Shown: in pieces, positions 1-8,573 of the stretch
Numbering within the stretch: position 1 is the stretch's first letter
How the letters are laid out: each line of letters opens with the position of its first letter
Position numbers and translations under genes: made by a program
The notes under the pieces: generated by a model
What the model was told of the DNA's origin: nothing
The model's database searches: none
The model's input: the letters and a program-made list of their open reading frames with translations, nothing else
Assembly: GCA_963850905.1 (NCBI GenBank)
Contig: CAWKMU010000003.1
Span: forward strand, 2,208,001 to 2,272,000
Direction of reading: 5' to 3'
DNA: 64,000 nucleotides
Origin: an uncultured Gemmatimonadales bacterium
GTDB lineage: Bacteria > Gemmatimonadota > Gemmatimonadetes > Gemmatimonadales > Gemmatimonadaceae

Positions 1-1
1 G

Positions 2-94
2 ACGGCGTGCCAGAATCCCTCGTTGACCTATATGGCGCTCACGGCGCGGGCGGCCGATCACGCGGTTCGGGAGCTGAACCGACGCAACCTATGA
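2..94 (+). CDS. C-terminal end of a GMC-family oxidoreductase (truncated by window start)
   Basis: Frame from nt 2 reads TACQNPSLTYMALTARAADHAVRELNRRNL*, the NPSLT-MAL C-terminal motif of GMC flavoproteins. Stop overlaps the next ATG (ATGA). Confidence 0.85.
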   Translation, partial: TACQNPSLTYMALTARAADHAVRELNRRNL

Positions 95-729
95 CACACG
101 CCGAACTGCCTGCCGATTCGCTCGTGCGCTCGGAGGAGCCGTCGATTGACCGCCGGGAAGCCATTCGGCGGGTTAGTGCGCTGCTCGGAGGTGCTGCACT
201 CATCGGCGAGGGCGCGCTGTGGGCATCCTGCTCGAGTCGCGAGTCCGCACGGACGGCGAGCATTGGCGCGTTCTCGCCAGCCGACATTGCGTTCCTCGAC
301 GAGATCGCCGAGACCATACTCCCCGAAACGCAGACGCCCGGCGCACGAGCTGCGGGCGTCGGACCGTTTATGGCCCTTATGGTGACTGACTGCTATGAGG
401 CACTCGATCAGCAGATCTTCCACGCGGGCTTGAAGCAGCTCGACGATGCGTCCCGAAAGGCGACCGGGTCATCCTTCATATCTGCGTCCCCGGAAGAGCG
501 ACTCTCGGTGCTCCAGGCACTGGACCGAGAGCAAAAGGCCTATATGGACGCCAAGCAGCCGGATGAGTCGAACCATTACTTCCGCATGATGAAGGAGCTC
601 GCGCTCCTCGGGTACTTCACTTCGCAGATCGGCTGCACACGAGCGCAACGCTACGTGGAGTCCCCGGGGAGGTACGATCCCTGTACGCTATACACGCCGG
701 GCGGTCCATCCTGGGCCGCGCATGCCTGA
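91..729 (+). CDS. Gluconate 2-dehydrogenase subunit 3 family protein (Tat-type lipoprotein)
   Basis: DRREAIRR motif then hydrophobic stretch and ASC; IAETILPETQTPGA, LGYFTS and PGRYDPC motifs; coupled to the upstream GMC gene. Confidence 0.85.
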   Translation: MTHAELPADSLVRSEEPSIDRREAIRRVSALLGGAALIGEGALWASCSSRESARTASIGAFSPADIAFLDEIAETILPETQTPGARAAGVGPFMALMVTDCYEALDQQIFHAGLKQLDDASRKATGSSFISASPEERLSVLQALDREQKAYMDAKQPDESNHYFRMMKELALLGYFTSQIGCTRAQRYVESPGRYDPCTLYTPGGPSWAAHA

Positions 730-789
730 TGCGTCTCCTTTCCCCTTTCCGTCCCTCTCCTCTCTCGACGCCCGAAGCGCCCATCCCCT

Positions 790-1175
790 ATGCCACTGGA
801 CTATCTGCTGAAGACGGAGCCGTCCGAGTATTCGTTCGCTGACTTGCAGCGTGACGGCGAGACGCTGTGGGATGGCGTGGCGAATCCGGTTGCTGTCAGA
901 CACTTGCGAGAGATGAGTCGCGGGGCTCGGCTCGTCATTACGAGACCGGCACCCACAAGAGCGCGATCGGCACGGCGTCAGTAGTCTCGGTCGATAATAC
1001 GGACCCAAAGGGGCCGCGGGTCACCATCAAGGTAGGTCGACCCCTCGGCCAGCCTGTGACGTTGGCGACGATCAAGAGCAACCGCTTATTCGCCGACTCC
1101 CCGCTCGTGCGCCAAGGACGGCTGTCCGTCGTGCCGCTGACTGCGTCCCAATACGCGTTCTTGACCAAATCCTAG
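790..1175 (+). CDS. EVE domain protein (one apparent 1-bp deletion near 939)
   Basis: YLLKTEPSEYS...WDGVAN (ORF 790..984) continues in ORF 867..1175 as YETG...PVTLATIK...LVRQGRLSVVP. Confidence 0.8.
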
Positions 1176-1315
1176 GCCAGCCTCGAATTCGTTGACAGCG
1201 GTTGGGCCGGTCCGTAGCCTTCGATTTATCTCATCCGCCACGGCAGAGTGGGCCGTACGATGACGGATCGCTCCGATTGGCTCCCATTGGGTGTCTCGAA
1301 CGGTACGGAGAGGGC

Positions 1316-2047
1316 GTGACGCGATCGTTTGTCCTGCCTCCCGCACCGCCTCTTGTCTCGCCAGGCGCGATGTCGCTGGCTACCGCGACCATCGGACTGA
1401 TCTTGTTTGCGGCGATTTGGCAGCCGCCCGTAGCCATGATCCAGCCCCACATATCGCGGGACCGGGAAGACGTGCGATTCTTGTTGCCGCTGCGACCTCC
1501 GCGCATCCCGATCTCGCAGACGACGCTCCTGTGGCGTCCCGATCGGTTTGCCAACGGACTGTGGGGAACCGGCCAGCAGCTCGTCGCGGCGGCCCAACGG
1601 GCGGCCACGTCCGGCGCGGCCCCACGAAGTGCCCCGGGAGCCCACCACGCGCGGCCCGTCGTACACGAAGTAGGACCGGACACCACGAAAGGGACGGTTT
1701 ATATCGAGTCTGAGCTCGACCGACCCGTCGAACGGGACCCGTTGAGTGGGGGTCCGGAATATCCCAAGTGGCTCGAGCAGGACCACATCGAAGGCGCCGT
1801 CACTGCCTCGTTCATCGTCGACTCGACGGGACTCGCCGACAGTTCATCGCTGAGCATCCGCTCGGCGACGAATCCGGCGTTCGCGGAGGCTGTGCGCGCG
1901 GCGATTCCCCTGATGCGATTTCGGCCGGCGGAGCTGAACGGGCGGCACGTCCGCCAGCTCGTGATGCAGGAATTTCGCTTTGTGATTGGGCCGCCGGCGC
2001 CCGTCACCCCACAACCTGGCCTTCCGGCGCCAGCGAGCGTGCATTAG
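1316..2047 (+). CDS. Energy transducer TonB family protein (start uncertain)
   Basis: N-terminal TM segment, Pro-rich linker, TonB C-domain PEYP...GAVTASFIVDSTG...FRPAELNGRHV. Confidence 0.8.
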   Translation: MTRSFVLPPAPPLVSPGAMSLATATIGLILFAAIWQPPVAMIQPHISRDREDVRFLLPLRPPRIPISQTTLLWRPDRFANGLWGTGQQLVAAAQRAATSGAAPRSAPGAHHARPVVHEVGPDTTKGTVYIESELDRPVERDPLSGGPEYPKWLEQDHIEGAVTASFIVDSTGLADSSSLSIRSATNPAFAEAVRAAIPLMRFRPAELNGRHVRQLVMQEFRFVIGPPAPVTPQPGLPAPASVH

Positions 2048-2049
2048 GG

Positions 2050-2178
2050 CTAGACGCTAGACGCTAGGGACGCTAGACGTTAAGACGTTAGACGTTGGAA
2101 GACAAACCTCGGGGCCGGCGAAGTGCGCCGCTGCTGGCCCCGAGGTTTCTTTCCAGCGTCTAACGTCTAGCGTCTAAC
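2050..2178. repeat. Hairpin flanked by inverted TAGACG(C/T) heptamer arrays; possible terminator
   Basis: About 6 TAGACGY-like units; perfect 13-bp stem AAACCTCGGGGCC (2104-2116) / GGCCCCGAGGTTT (2136-2148); then 3 RCGTCTA units. Confidence 0.9.
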
Positions 2179-2198
2179 GCCTTGATGAGAGGAGCGCC

Positions 2199-2453
2199 GT
2201 GAAGCGACGGGAGGTGTTGGTAACACTGGCAATGTCCGGAGCGGTCGCAATGCTGCCCGACTGTGCGCGGGTCGAAGCCGCGCCTGGCGTGCTAACTGAA
2301 GAGCAGATGCGTGCCGTGCTTCGACTGAATGGCCTGGAGTTGAGTCCAGGCGAAGGGCCGGCCGTCCTGGCCTCCTTCAACTCGAGTCGGTTTCCCGCGG
2401 CCGTGGATCCGACGATTCAACCGACGGATTTCGACGCCGACGTCAATGTATGA
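2199..2453 (+). CDS. Small twin-arginine protein, probable amidase partner
   Basis: GAGGAG RBS before GTG; KRREVL plus hydrophobic stretch; stop overlaps the amidase ATG. Confidence 0.65.
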   Translation: MKRREVLVTLAMSGAVAMLPDCARVEAAPGVLTEEQMRAVLRLNGLELSPGEGPAVLASFNSSRFPAAVDPTIQPTDFDADVNV

Positions 2454-3871
2454 CAAGTGAGAGCGCGTTTGCGACCATCGCCGAGCTCGGTCCTGAGATT
2501 CGGCGACGCCAAATATCCTGCGTTGAACTGGTGCGGGCGGCGCTCGATCGAACGCAGCGGTTCGAGCATGTCTTGAACACGTATATCACTCTGCTGCCGG
2601 ATCAGGCCCTCGCAGACGCGAAGGTGCTTGACGAGGAACTCGCGCGTGGTCACTATCGCGGACCGCTTCACGGAATACCCATCAGCATCAAGGACCACAT
2701 TGCCACGGCCGGAATTCGAACGACGGCGGGTGCGAAATCGCGCATCTCCAACGTGCCGACGGCAGATGCCGCCGTAGTTCGGCGCATGAAGCAAGCCGGC
2801 ACGGTGCTGATCGGCAAAGCGAACATGAACAAATTCGCGGACGGTGAGTCCGGTGTGAACCCTGACTTCGGCAAGATCGGGAACCCATGGAATGCGACGT
2901 TCTCACCCGGAGGATCGAGCGGCGGATCCGGCGCACAGGTGGCGGCCGGCCTTGTCCCGCTGTCCGTGGGGTCGGACAATGGGGGATCAGTTCGTATCCC
3001 GGCAGCGGTCTGCGGTGTCGTCGGGCTCAAGCCGACGCACGGGCGCGTCAGCCTGGAAGGTATTTTCCCCCGGCTCTACTCTCTCGATCACGCCGGCCCA
3101 TTGACCAGAACTGTCACTGACTGCGCCATCGCTCTCCAGGCACTCGCGGGACACGACGCTGGCGACCTCACCACCGCCCGGAAACCGGTTCCCGACTACT
3201 CGAAGGATCTGCGCTCGGGCGTCAAGGGCATGGTCATTGGCGTCGACCGAGCCTTCACGACGATCGGTGAGCCCGATGTATTGGCCGCGTTCACCCGGGC
3301 GCTCGATTCGTTCCGGTCGCTCGGTGCATCCATCGCGGATGTGTCATTCCCCGGCTACGAGCAGTGCGGAGCCGTTGGGAACACGATCGGGGCGTGCGAG
3401 GAGACCGTGGGGATCGTGGGTCTCTATCACGCCCATCCAAGTGATTTCGAGAACACGCAGCCTCCGGCGTCGAGCACGGCGGATATCAAGGCGGGTGCCC
3501 TCATACCGGCGGTCGACTACATCCGCGCGACGCAACAGCGTCGGGTGTTGCAGGCCGCGTATGCTCGCGCAACAGGGGGCGTGTCGGTCCTCGTGGCACC
3601 GACGTACCCCTTTGCGCCGCGTCCCTACGGGGCATACCCGAGAGTCCAAGGCCGACAGTACACGGCCGACAATGCCATCCACTACACGTTTCCCTTCAAT
3701 GTGCTGGGCGTGCCGGCGATCTCGGTGCCCTGTGGGTTTTCGGGTGCCGGTTCGCCGATCGGCCTGCAGATCGTCGGCCGACCCTTCGACGAAGCTACGG
3801 TCTTGCGCGCCGCATACGCGTACGAGCAAGCGACCGAGTGGCACACGCATCACCCGGTGGTTACAAGTTGA
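2450..3871 (+). CDS. Amidase signature family protein (GatA/AtzE-like)
   Basis: GPLHGIPISIKD, PGGSSGGS, GSDNGGSVRIPAAVCGVVGLKPTHG. Confidence 0.92.
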   Translation: MTSESAFATIAELGPEIRRRQISCVELVRAALDRTQRFEHVLNTYITLLPDQALADAKVLDEELARGHYRGPLHGIPISIKDHIATAGIRTTAGAKSRISNVPTADAAVVRRMKQAGTVLIGKANMNKFADGESGVNPDFGKIGNPWNATFSPGGSSGGSGAQVAAGLVPLSVGSDNGGSVRIPAAVCGVVGLKPTHGRVSLEGIFPRLYSLDHAGPLTRTVTDCAIALQALAGHDAGDLTTARKPVPDYSKDLRSGVKGMVIGVDRAFTTIGEPDVLAAFTRALDSFRSLGASIADVSFPGYEQCGAVGNTIGACEETVGIVGLYHAHPSDFENTQPPASSTADIKAGALIPAVDYIRATQQRRVLQAAYARATGGVSVLVAPTYPFAPRPYGAYPRVQGRQYTADNAIHYTFPFNVLGVPAISVPCGFSGAGSPIGLQIVGRPFDEATVLRAAYAYEQATEWHTHHPVVTS

Positions 3872-4887
3872 AGGTTGGCGAGGTCGACGTCGTCGAGTTG
3901 GCGCGCGAGTTGGTCGCGGTGCCATCGGTATCTGGCGCCGAGTGTGATGTCGCGACGTGGGTTGCGCAATGGCTCATCGACCGAGGCTGGCGTGTCACCG
4001 AGCAACCGGTGACGGCCGGTCGGAGCAACGTCTGGGCTACCCGGGATGCACAGGCACTGGTCACCTTGTCGACGCATCTCGACACGGTGCCGCCCTACAT
4101 CGCGCCTCGGATCAATGGTGGGAGATTGTACGGCCGCGGGGCGTGCAATGCCAAAGGCATCGCTGCGGCCATGTTGGCCGCCGGGGATCGGCTCGTTCAG
4201 TCTGGCGAGCCTCGCGTCGGGCTGCTCTTTGTCGTTGGTGAAGAGGAGGGCTCCGACGGAGCGCGCGCCGCCAACCGGCTGCCAACGAACAGCCACTATC
4301 TGATTAACGGCGAGCCGACGGAAAGTCGCATGGCGAGCGGGGCCAAAGGTTCTTTGCGCATCCTGGTGCGCACGACGGGACGCGAAGCCCATTCCGCCTA
4401 TCCATCGCTCGGCCGCTCGGCCATCGTACCGCTCGTTGAGCTGCTCGCGCGACTGCCATCCCTCCCGCTGCCCTCCGACCCGGTACTGGGGGAGACGACG
4501 ATCAACGTCGGCATCGTGCGCGGTGGCTCCGCTGGCAACGTCATCCCAGGGCAGGCCGAAGCTGAGCTCTTGGCGCGGGTCGTCGGTCCGGTGCAGGAGT
4601 TGCGCGACCTCATCGACCAGTGGGCCGGATCCACTGCTTCCATCGAGTACGGCGCGTTCATTCCCCCGCAACGGTTCCGTACGCTGCCGGGGTTCGACGT
4701 GGCGGCAATGGCATACACGTCGGATATCCCGTTGTTGGATCGGTGGGGGGCCCCGCTACTCTTCGGGCCGGGATCGATCCACGTGGCGCACACCGCAGAC
4801 GAATACATTGATCTAACCGAGCTACGCGCAAGCGTCGATGCATACGAGCGACTGGTGCGCATGCTGTTAGCCTCTGACGCAGCGTGA
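3868..4887 (+). CDS. M20/M25/M40 metallo-hydrolase (ArgE/DapE-like)
   Basis: THLDTV, GRGACNAKG, GEEEGSDG, GEPT, AHTADE; TTG start overlaps the amidase stop. Confidence 0.88.
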   Translation: MKVGEVDVVELARELVAVPSVSGAECDVATWVAQWLIDRGWRVTEQPVTAGRSNVWATRDAQALVTLSTHLDTVPPYIAPRINGGRLYGRGACNAKGIAAAMLAAGDRLVQSGEPRVGLLFVVGEEEGSDGARAANRLPTNSHYLINGEPTESRMASGAKGSLRILVRTTGREAHSAYPSLGRSAIVPLVELLARLPSLPLPSDPVLGETTINVGIVRGGSAGNVIPGQAEAELLARVVGPVQELRDLIDQWAGSTASIEYGAFIPPQRFRTLPGFDVAAMAYTSDIPLLDRWGAPLLFGPGSIHVAHTADEYIDLTELRASVDAYERLVRMLLASDAA

Positions 4888-5759
4888 TGTCTGCCCCGCA
4901 TTCTGATTCGAATAGCCGTCAGGTCGCGTCCCTCCGGGAGGCGGTCGAACGCCTGAGTGAGGCGCCCAGCCGTGATGTCATCGACGACCTGCTTGCGGCG
5001 CTCGAGTCCGCCGTGGTCCGCGCGGCGGTGCGCAACGCCGAGGGGAAGTGGGAAGCGGTGCCCTGGGTCAAACGGGGCATTCTTGCAGCATTCCGGGTGG
5101 GCGTCATGGCCGACCTCTCGCCACGAGAGAGTACAGGCGACCGCATCGCGCCATTCACTTTCATTGACAAGGACACGCTGCCTGCACGGTCGTTCACGGT
5201 TGATGACGGGGTGCGAATCGTGCCAGGCGGTTCGACGATTCGCCGGGGCGCGCATGTCTCCCACGGCGTGGTCTGCATGCCACCGATCTACGTGAATGTG
5301 GGCGCATTCGTCGATAGCGACACCATGGTCGACTCGCATGTCCTGGTCGGCTCGTGTGCCCAGGTTGGCGCGCGCGTCCATCTGAGCGCCGGCGTCCAGA
5401 TTGGCGGTGTACTCGAGCCGGTGAATGCCTCACCGGTCATCATCGAGGACGACGTCGTGATCGGCGGGAACTGTGGCGTGTACGAGGGCGTTGTCGTCCG
5501 AGAGCGCGCGGTGCTGGGTGCTGGTGTGGTCCTGACCAGGAGCATGCCGGTGTACGATCTCGTCCGCCGCGCCGTCTACCGCTCCACGTCTACCGCGGCG
5601 CTCGAGATCCCAGCGGGAGCAGTCGTTGTCCCGGGCACGCGACCAGCGGCGGGTGAGTGGGCGCGTGATGAGGGGCTTGCGTTGGCGACCGCGATCATCG
5701 TCAAATACCGCGACGCGAAGACAGACGCCGCTACGGTGCTCGAATCGGCGCTTCGGTAG
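4884..5759 (+). CDS. dapD: 2,3,4,5-tetrahydropyridine-2,6-dicarboxylate N-succinyltransferase
   Basis: WVKRGIL, RIVPGGS, VGSCAQVG, HLSAGVQIGGVLEP hexapeptide region. Confidence 0.92.
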   Translation: MMSAPHSDSNSRQVASLREAVERLSEAPSRDVIDDLLAALESAVVRAAVRNAEGKWEAVPWVKRGILAAFRVGVMADLSPRESTGDRIAPFTFIDKDTLPARSFTVDDGVRIVPGGSTIRRGAHVSHGVVCMPPIYVNVGAFVDSDTMVDSHVLVGSCAQVGARVHLSAGVQIGGVLEPVNASPVIIEDDVVIGGNCGVYEGVVVRERAVLGAGVVLTRSMPVYDLVRRAVYRSTSTAALEIPAGAVVVPGTRPAAGEWARDEGLALATAIIVKYRDAKTDAATVLESALR

Positions 5760-5762
5760 ACG

Positions 5763-7059
5763 CTAGCGGTGGGAGGCGCGGTGATCCAGCACGCGGAGGG
5801 CTTTCCCCTCGCTTCGCGGCAGCTCGTGGTGCGCAGTGACTTCGACCCGGAAGGTCAGTCCGGTTTCCCTGTGCAGCGCCCGTTCCACCTGCGTGCGCAG
5901 CGCCGATCGGTCGACGGTCTCGCTCACGGGCTCGCATCGCACCAACAACTCATCGAGTGTGCCCGGACGCGTCACGACGAGTTGGTAGTGCGGAGCGACA
6001 TCGCCGATGCTCAGCAGGATCCGCTCCACCTCGGAGGGGAAAAGATTCACGCCACGAATGATCAGCATGTCGTCGTAGCGTCCCCTGATACGCGCCATCC
6101 GCGACGTGGTGCGCCCGCACGGGCATGGTGCGATGTCGAGTGCGGACATATCGCCGGTCCGGTATCGGATGAGCGGCATTGCCTCCTTGGACAGCGTGGT
6201 GAACACCAATTCGCCCGGCTCGCCCGGCGACAATGGCTGGCCGCTGACAGGGTCAATGACCTCAGGGTAGAAGTGGTCTTCATTCACGTGAGAGCCGTTT
6301 CGCCCTTCGACGCATTCGGCTGACACGCCCGGGCCGACGATTTCGGACAACCCATAAATGTTGAGGGCGACAATGTGCAGTCGCCGCTCGATCGCGCTTC
6401 GCAATTCTTCCGTCCAGGGTTCAGCACCGAAGATGCCAATCGCGAGCCGCAGACTGCTCAGGTCGATATGCGCGGCATCGAGCGCCTCGGCGATGCTGAC
6501 CGCGTAGGATGGTGTACAGCAGAGCACCTGAGCGCCGAGATCCCGCAGCAACATCGCCTGGCGCTCGGTGAAGCCACCTGAAATGGGCAGGACCTGGCAC
6601 CCGAGTCGCTCGGCACCCTGATGAAGACCGAGGCCCCCAGTGAACAGGCCGTATCCGTACGCGTTCTGAATGAGCATCCCCGGTCGCACACCGGCCATCG
6701 CAAGGCAGCGAGCGACGACCTCCGACCAGACATCGAGATCATGGCGCGTGTAACCGACGACGGTCGGCTTGCCAACGCGTGCCGCTCAATGCATGAATGC
6801 GCGTCAGGCGGTCGACCGGTACCGCGAGCAATCCGAAGGGGTAATGGTCCCGCAAATCCGACTTGGTGGCGAAAGGCAGGTGCCCGAGGTCGGCGAGCGA
6901 GCGAATGTCGCTGGCGGAGGTCAGGCCGGACGTTCGCAGGCGTTCCGCGAAGACGGGGACATGGGCGAGGACGCGCGCGACCGTCGCTCGCAGGCGTTCG
7001 AGTTGTAGAGCCCGCAACGCTTCGAGAGGCAGGCTCTCCGCATCAGGTTGCCAGATCAC
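5763..7059 (-). CDS. paaK: Phenylacetate--CoA ligase (one apparent 1-bp insertion near 6775)
   Basis: N-part KSDLRDHYPFGL...RIHA.SGT joins GKPTVVGYT...YGYGLFTGGLG, YGLSE, RYRTGD, GRYDDMLIIRGVN. Confidence 0.9.
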
Positions 7060-7955
7060 GGAGAGTGAGGCTGGGTACGTCCGGTGCTGTCGGCGGGCCG
7101 CGGGGAGACGCCCGCCCGCCCTGCGGGCGAATGGGCGCGTGGCGCGACGCAATGAAACAGGGCGCGGTTCCGGTAGAGGACAAAGCCGCCAACGAACAGC
7201 AGAAACACCGCAAAGATTTGCCGCAGCCGGTGCGGCGGGACGCCGCCGACCACCGCGGCGCCGACAACCGATCCGATGACCGCGACCGCGGTGAACAGCG
7301 CGGTGTCGCCCCACGGAACTGCAACGTGGCCGACGTAGCCAAGCAGACCAGTGGCGCAGTTCAACGATATCACGATCAGGGACGTGCCCACGGCTGTCGG
7401 CATCGACACACCGCCCCACAGGACAAGCGCCGGCACGATGAGGAAGCCGCCTCCGACGCCGATGATGCCCGTCAACAGGCCGACCGCCAGCCCGACGGGC
7501 GCAAGTCGGCGGAGGTGCTGCAGCAAACCGATCGGTCCTTCCCCCTCCGGATGGGCGCGAGCAGCGGTGGGGCTCGAAGCCAGAGACGGTTGCGGGCGGA
7601 GCATCAGGACTGCCGCTACCAGCGTCACAATGGCGAGGAGCACCAACTGCACACCTCCCGCGAGGTGGAGGGCCAGTCGGGCACCGGCAAACGCAGCTGC
7701 CATTGTCAGCGCACCGAATGCGGTTGCGATGCGAATGTCGACGCGGCCCGCGCGCCAGTGACGCATTGCGCCCATGAGGCTCGCGGCCCCGACGACGCCC
7801 AAGCTCGTGGGGACGGCGACCTTGGGGTCATAGCCAAGGAGATACACCAGCACCGGCACCGTCAGCACGGAGCCGCCGCCGCCGAGTGTGCCAAGGGCAA
7901 GGCCGATCCCGGCGGCAAACACCAGCGCGATCAACGGCATCGAGGAGTGCGGCAT
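7056..7955 (-). CDS. Sulfite exporter TauE/SafE family membrane protein
   Basis: Duplicated LGGGGSVLTVP / GVGGGFLIVPAL motifs, AVGTSL, about 8 TM segments. Confidence 0.88.
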   Translation of the reverse strand: MPHSSMPLIALVFAAGIGLALGTLGGGGSVLTVPVLVYLLGYDPKVAVPTSLGVVGAASLMGAMRHWRAGRVDIRIATAFGALTMAAAFAGARLALHLAGGVQLVLLAIVTLVAAVLMLRPQPSLASSPTAARAHPEGEGPIGLLQHLRRLAPVGLAVGLLTGIIGVGGGFLIVPALVLWGGVSMPTAVGTSLIVISLNCATGLLGYVGHVAVPWGDTALFTAVAVIGSVVGAAVVGGVPPHRLRQIFAVFLLFVGGFVLYRNRALFHCVAPRAHSPAGRAGVSPRPADSTGRTQPHSP

Positions 7956-8016
7956 CCCGGAAAGCAACGCCGCGCGCGAGCGCGGGCCTCGCCGCGACCG
8001 AGCTGCCCGATGTCAG

Positions 8017-8520
8017 CTAGGACGTGATCGGCGTGCACCCCTCGGTTCGGTGGGTATCGGCAACCTGGAAGATCTTCCACCCGTCAGGACCCTTGCGAAG
8101 GACGAACAAATCCACGCCGCAATGGTCGATCTGGGTCTGCCCGCCACGCTTGAACGTGAAGTACGCCCAAAGGGTGGCGAGGGGCAGGTCGATCTGCACC
8201 TTTGGATCCTTGATCTGCTCGTTGCCCCCCGGTCCGGTTCCTTTGCCAACTCGGTCGATGAACTGGTCGATGGGGGTCGTCTGACCGAGGCCGGTCGGGC
8301 CGGTCGCCGACTGCAGCGTCGTCGAGGGCACGACGGTGGATCGCAGGAGAGCCGTGTCGCGCGCTCTCATGCCATCGAAGAACTTCGTGACCACCGCGAC
8401 GACCGCTTGCTCATCGGACTGCGCGTGAAGGGTTGTTGCGGTCGTCGCAGTGAGTGCGAGGCCCGCGCTCAGCGCGGCGAGCCCGGCGATGGCCGTGTGT
8501 GAGCGAGCGAATAGTGGCAT
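8017..8520 (-). CDS. Secreted NTF2-like (SnoaL) family protein
   Basis: Signal peptide ending LHA-Q; FFDGMRARD, HCGVDLF, GWKI motifs. Confidence 0.8.
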   Translation of the reverse strand: MPLFARSHTAIAGLAALSAGLALTATTATTLHAQSDEQAVVAVVTKFFDGMRARDTALLRSTVVPSTTLQSATGPTGLGQTTPIDQFIDRVGKGTGPGGNEQIKDPKVQIDLPLATLWAYFTFKRGGQTQIDHCGVDLFVLRKGPDGWKIFQVADTHRTEGCTPITS

Positions 8521-8573
8521 GACCGTGAGTGGTGACCTCTATCGAAAGTGAACCAGCTTGACCGCGTGTGGAG

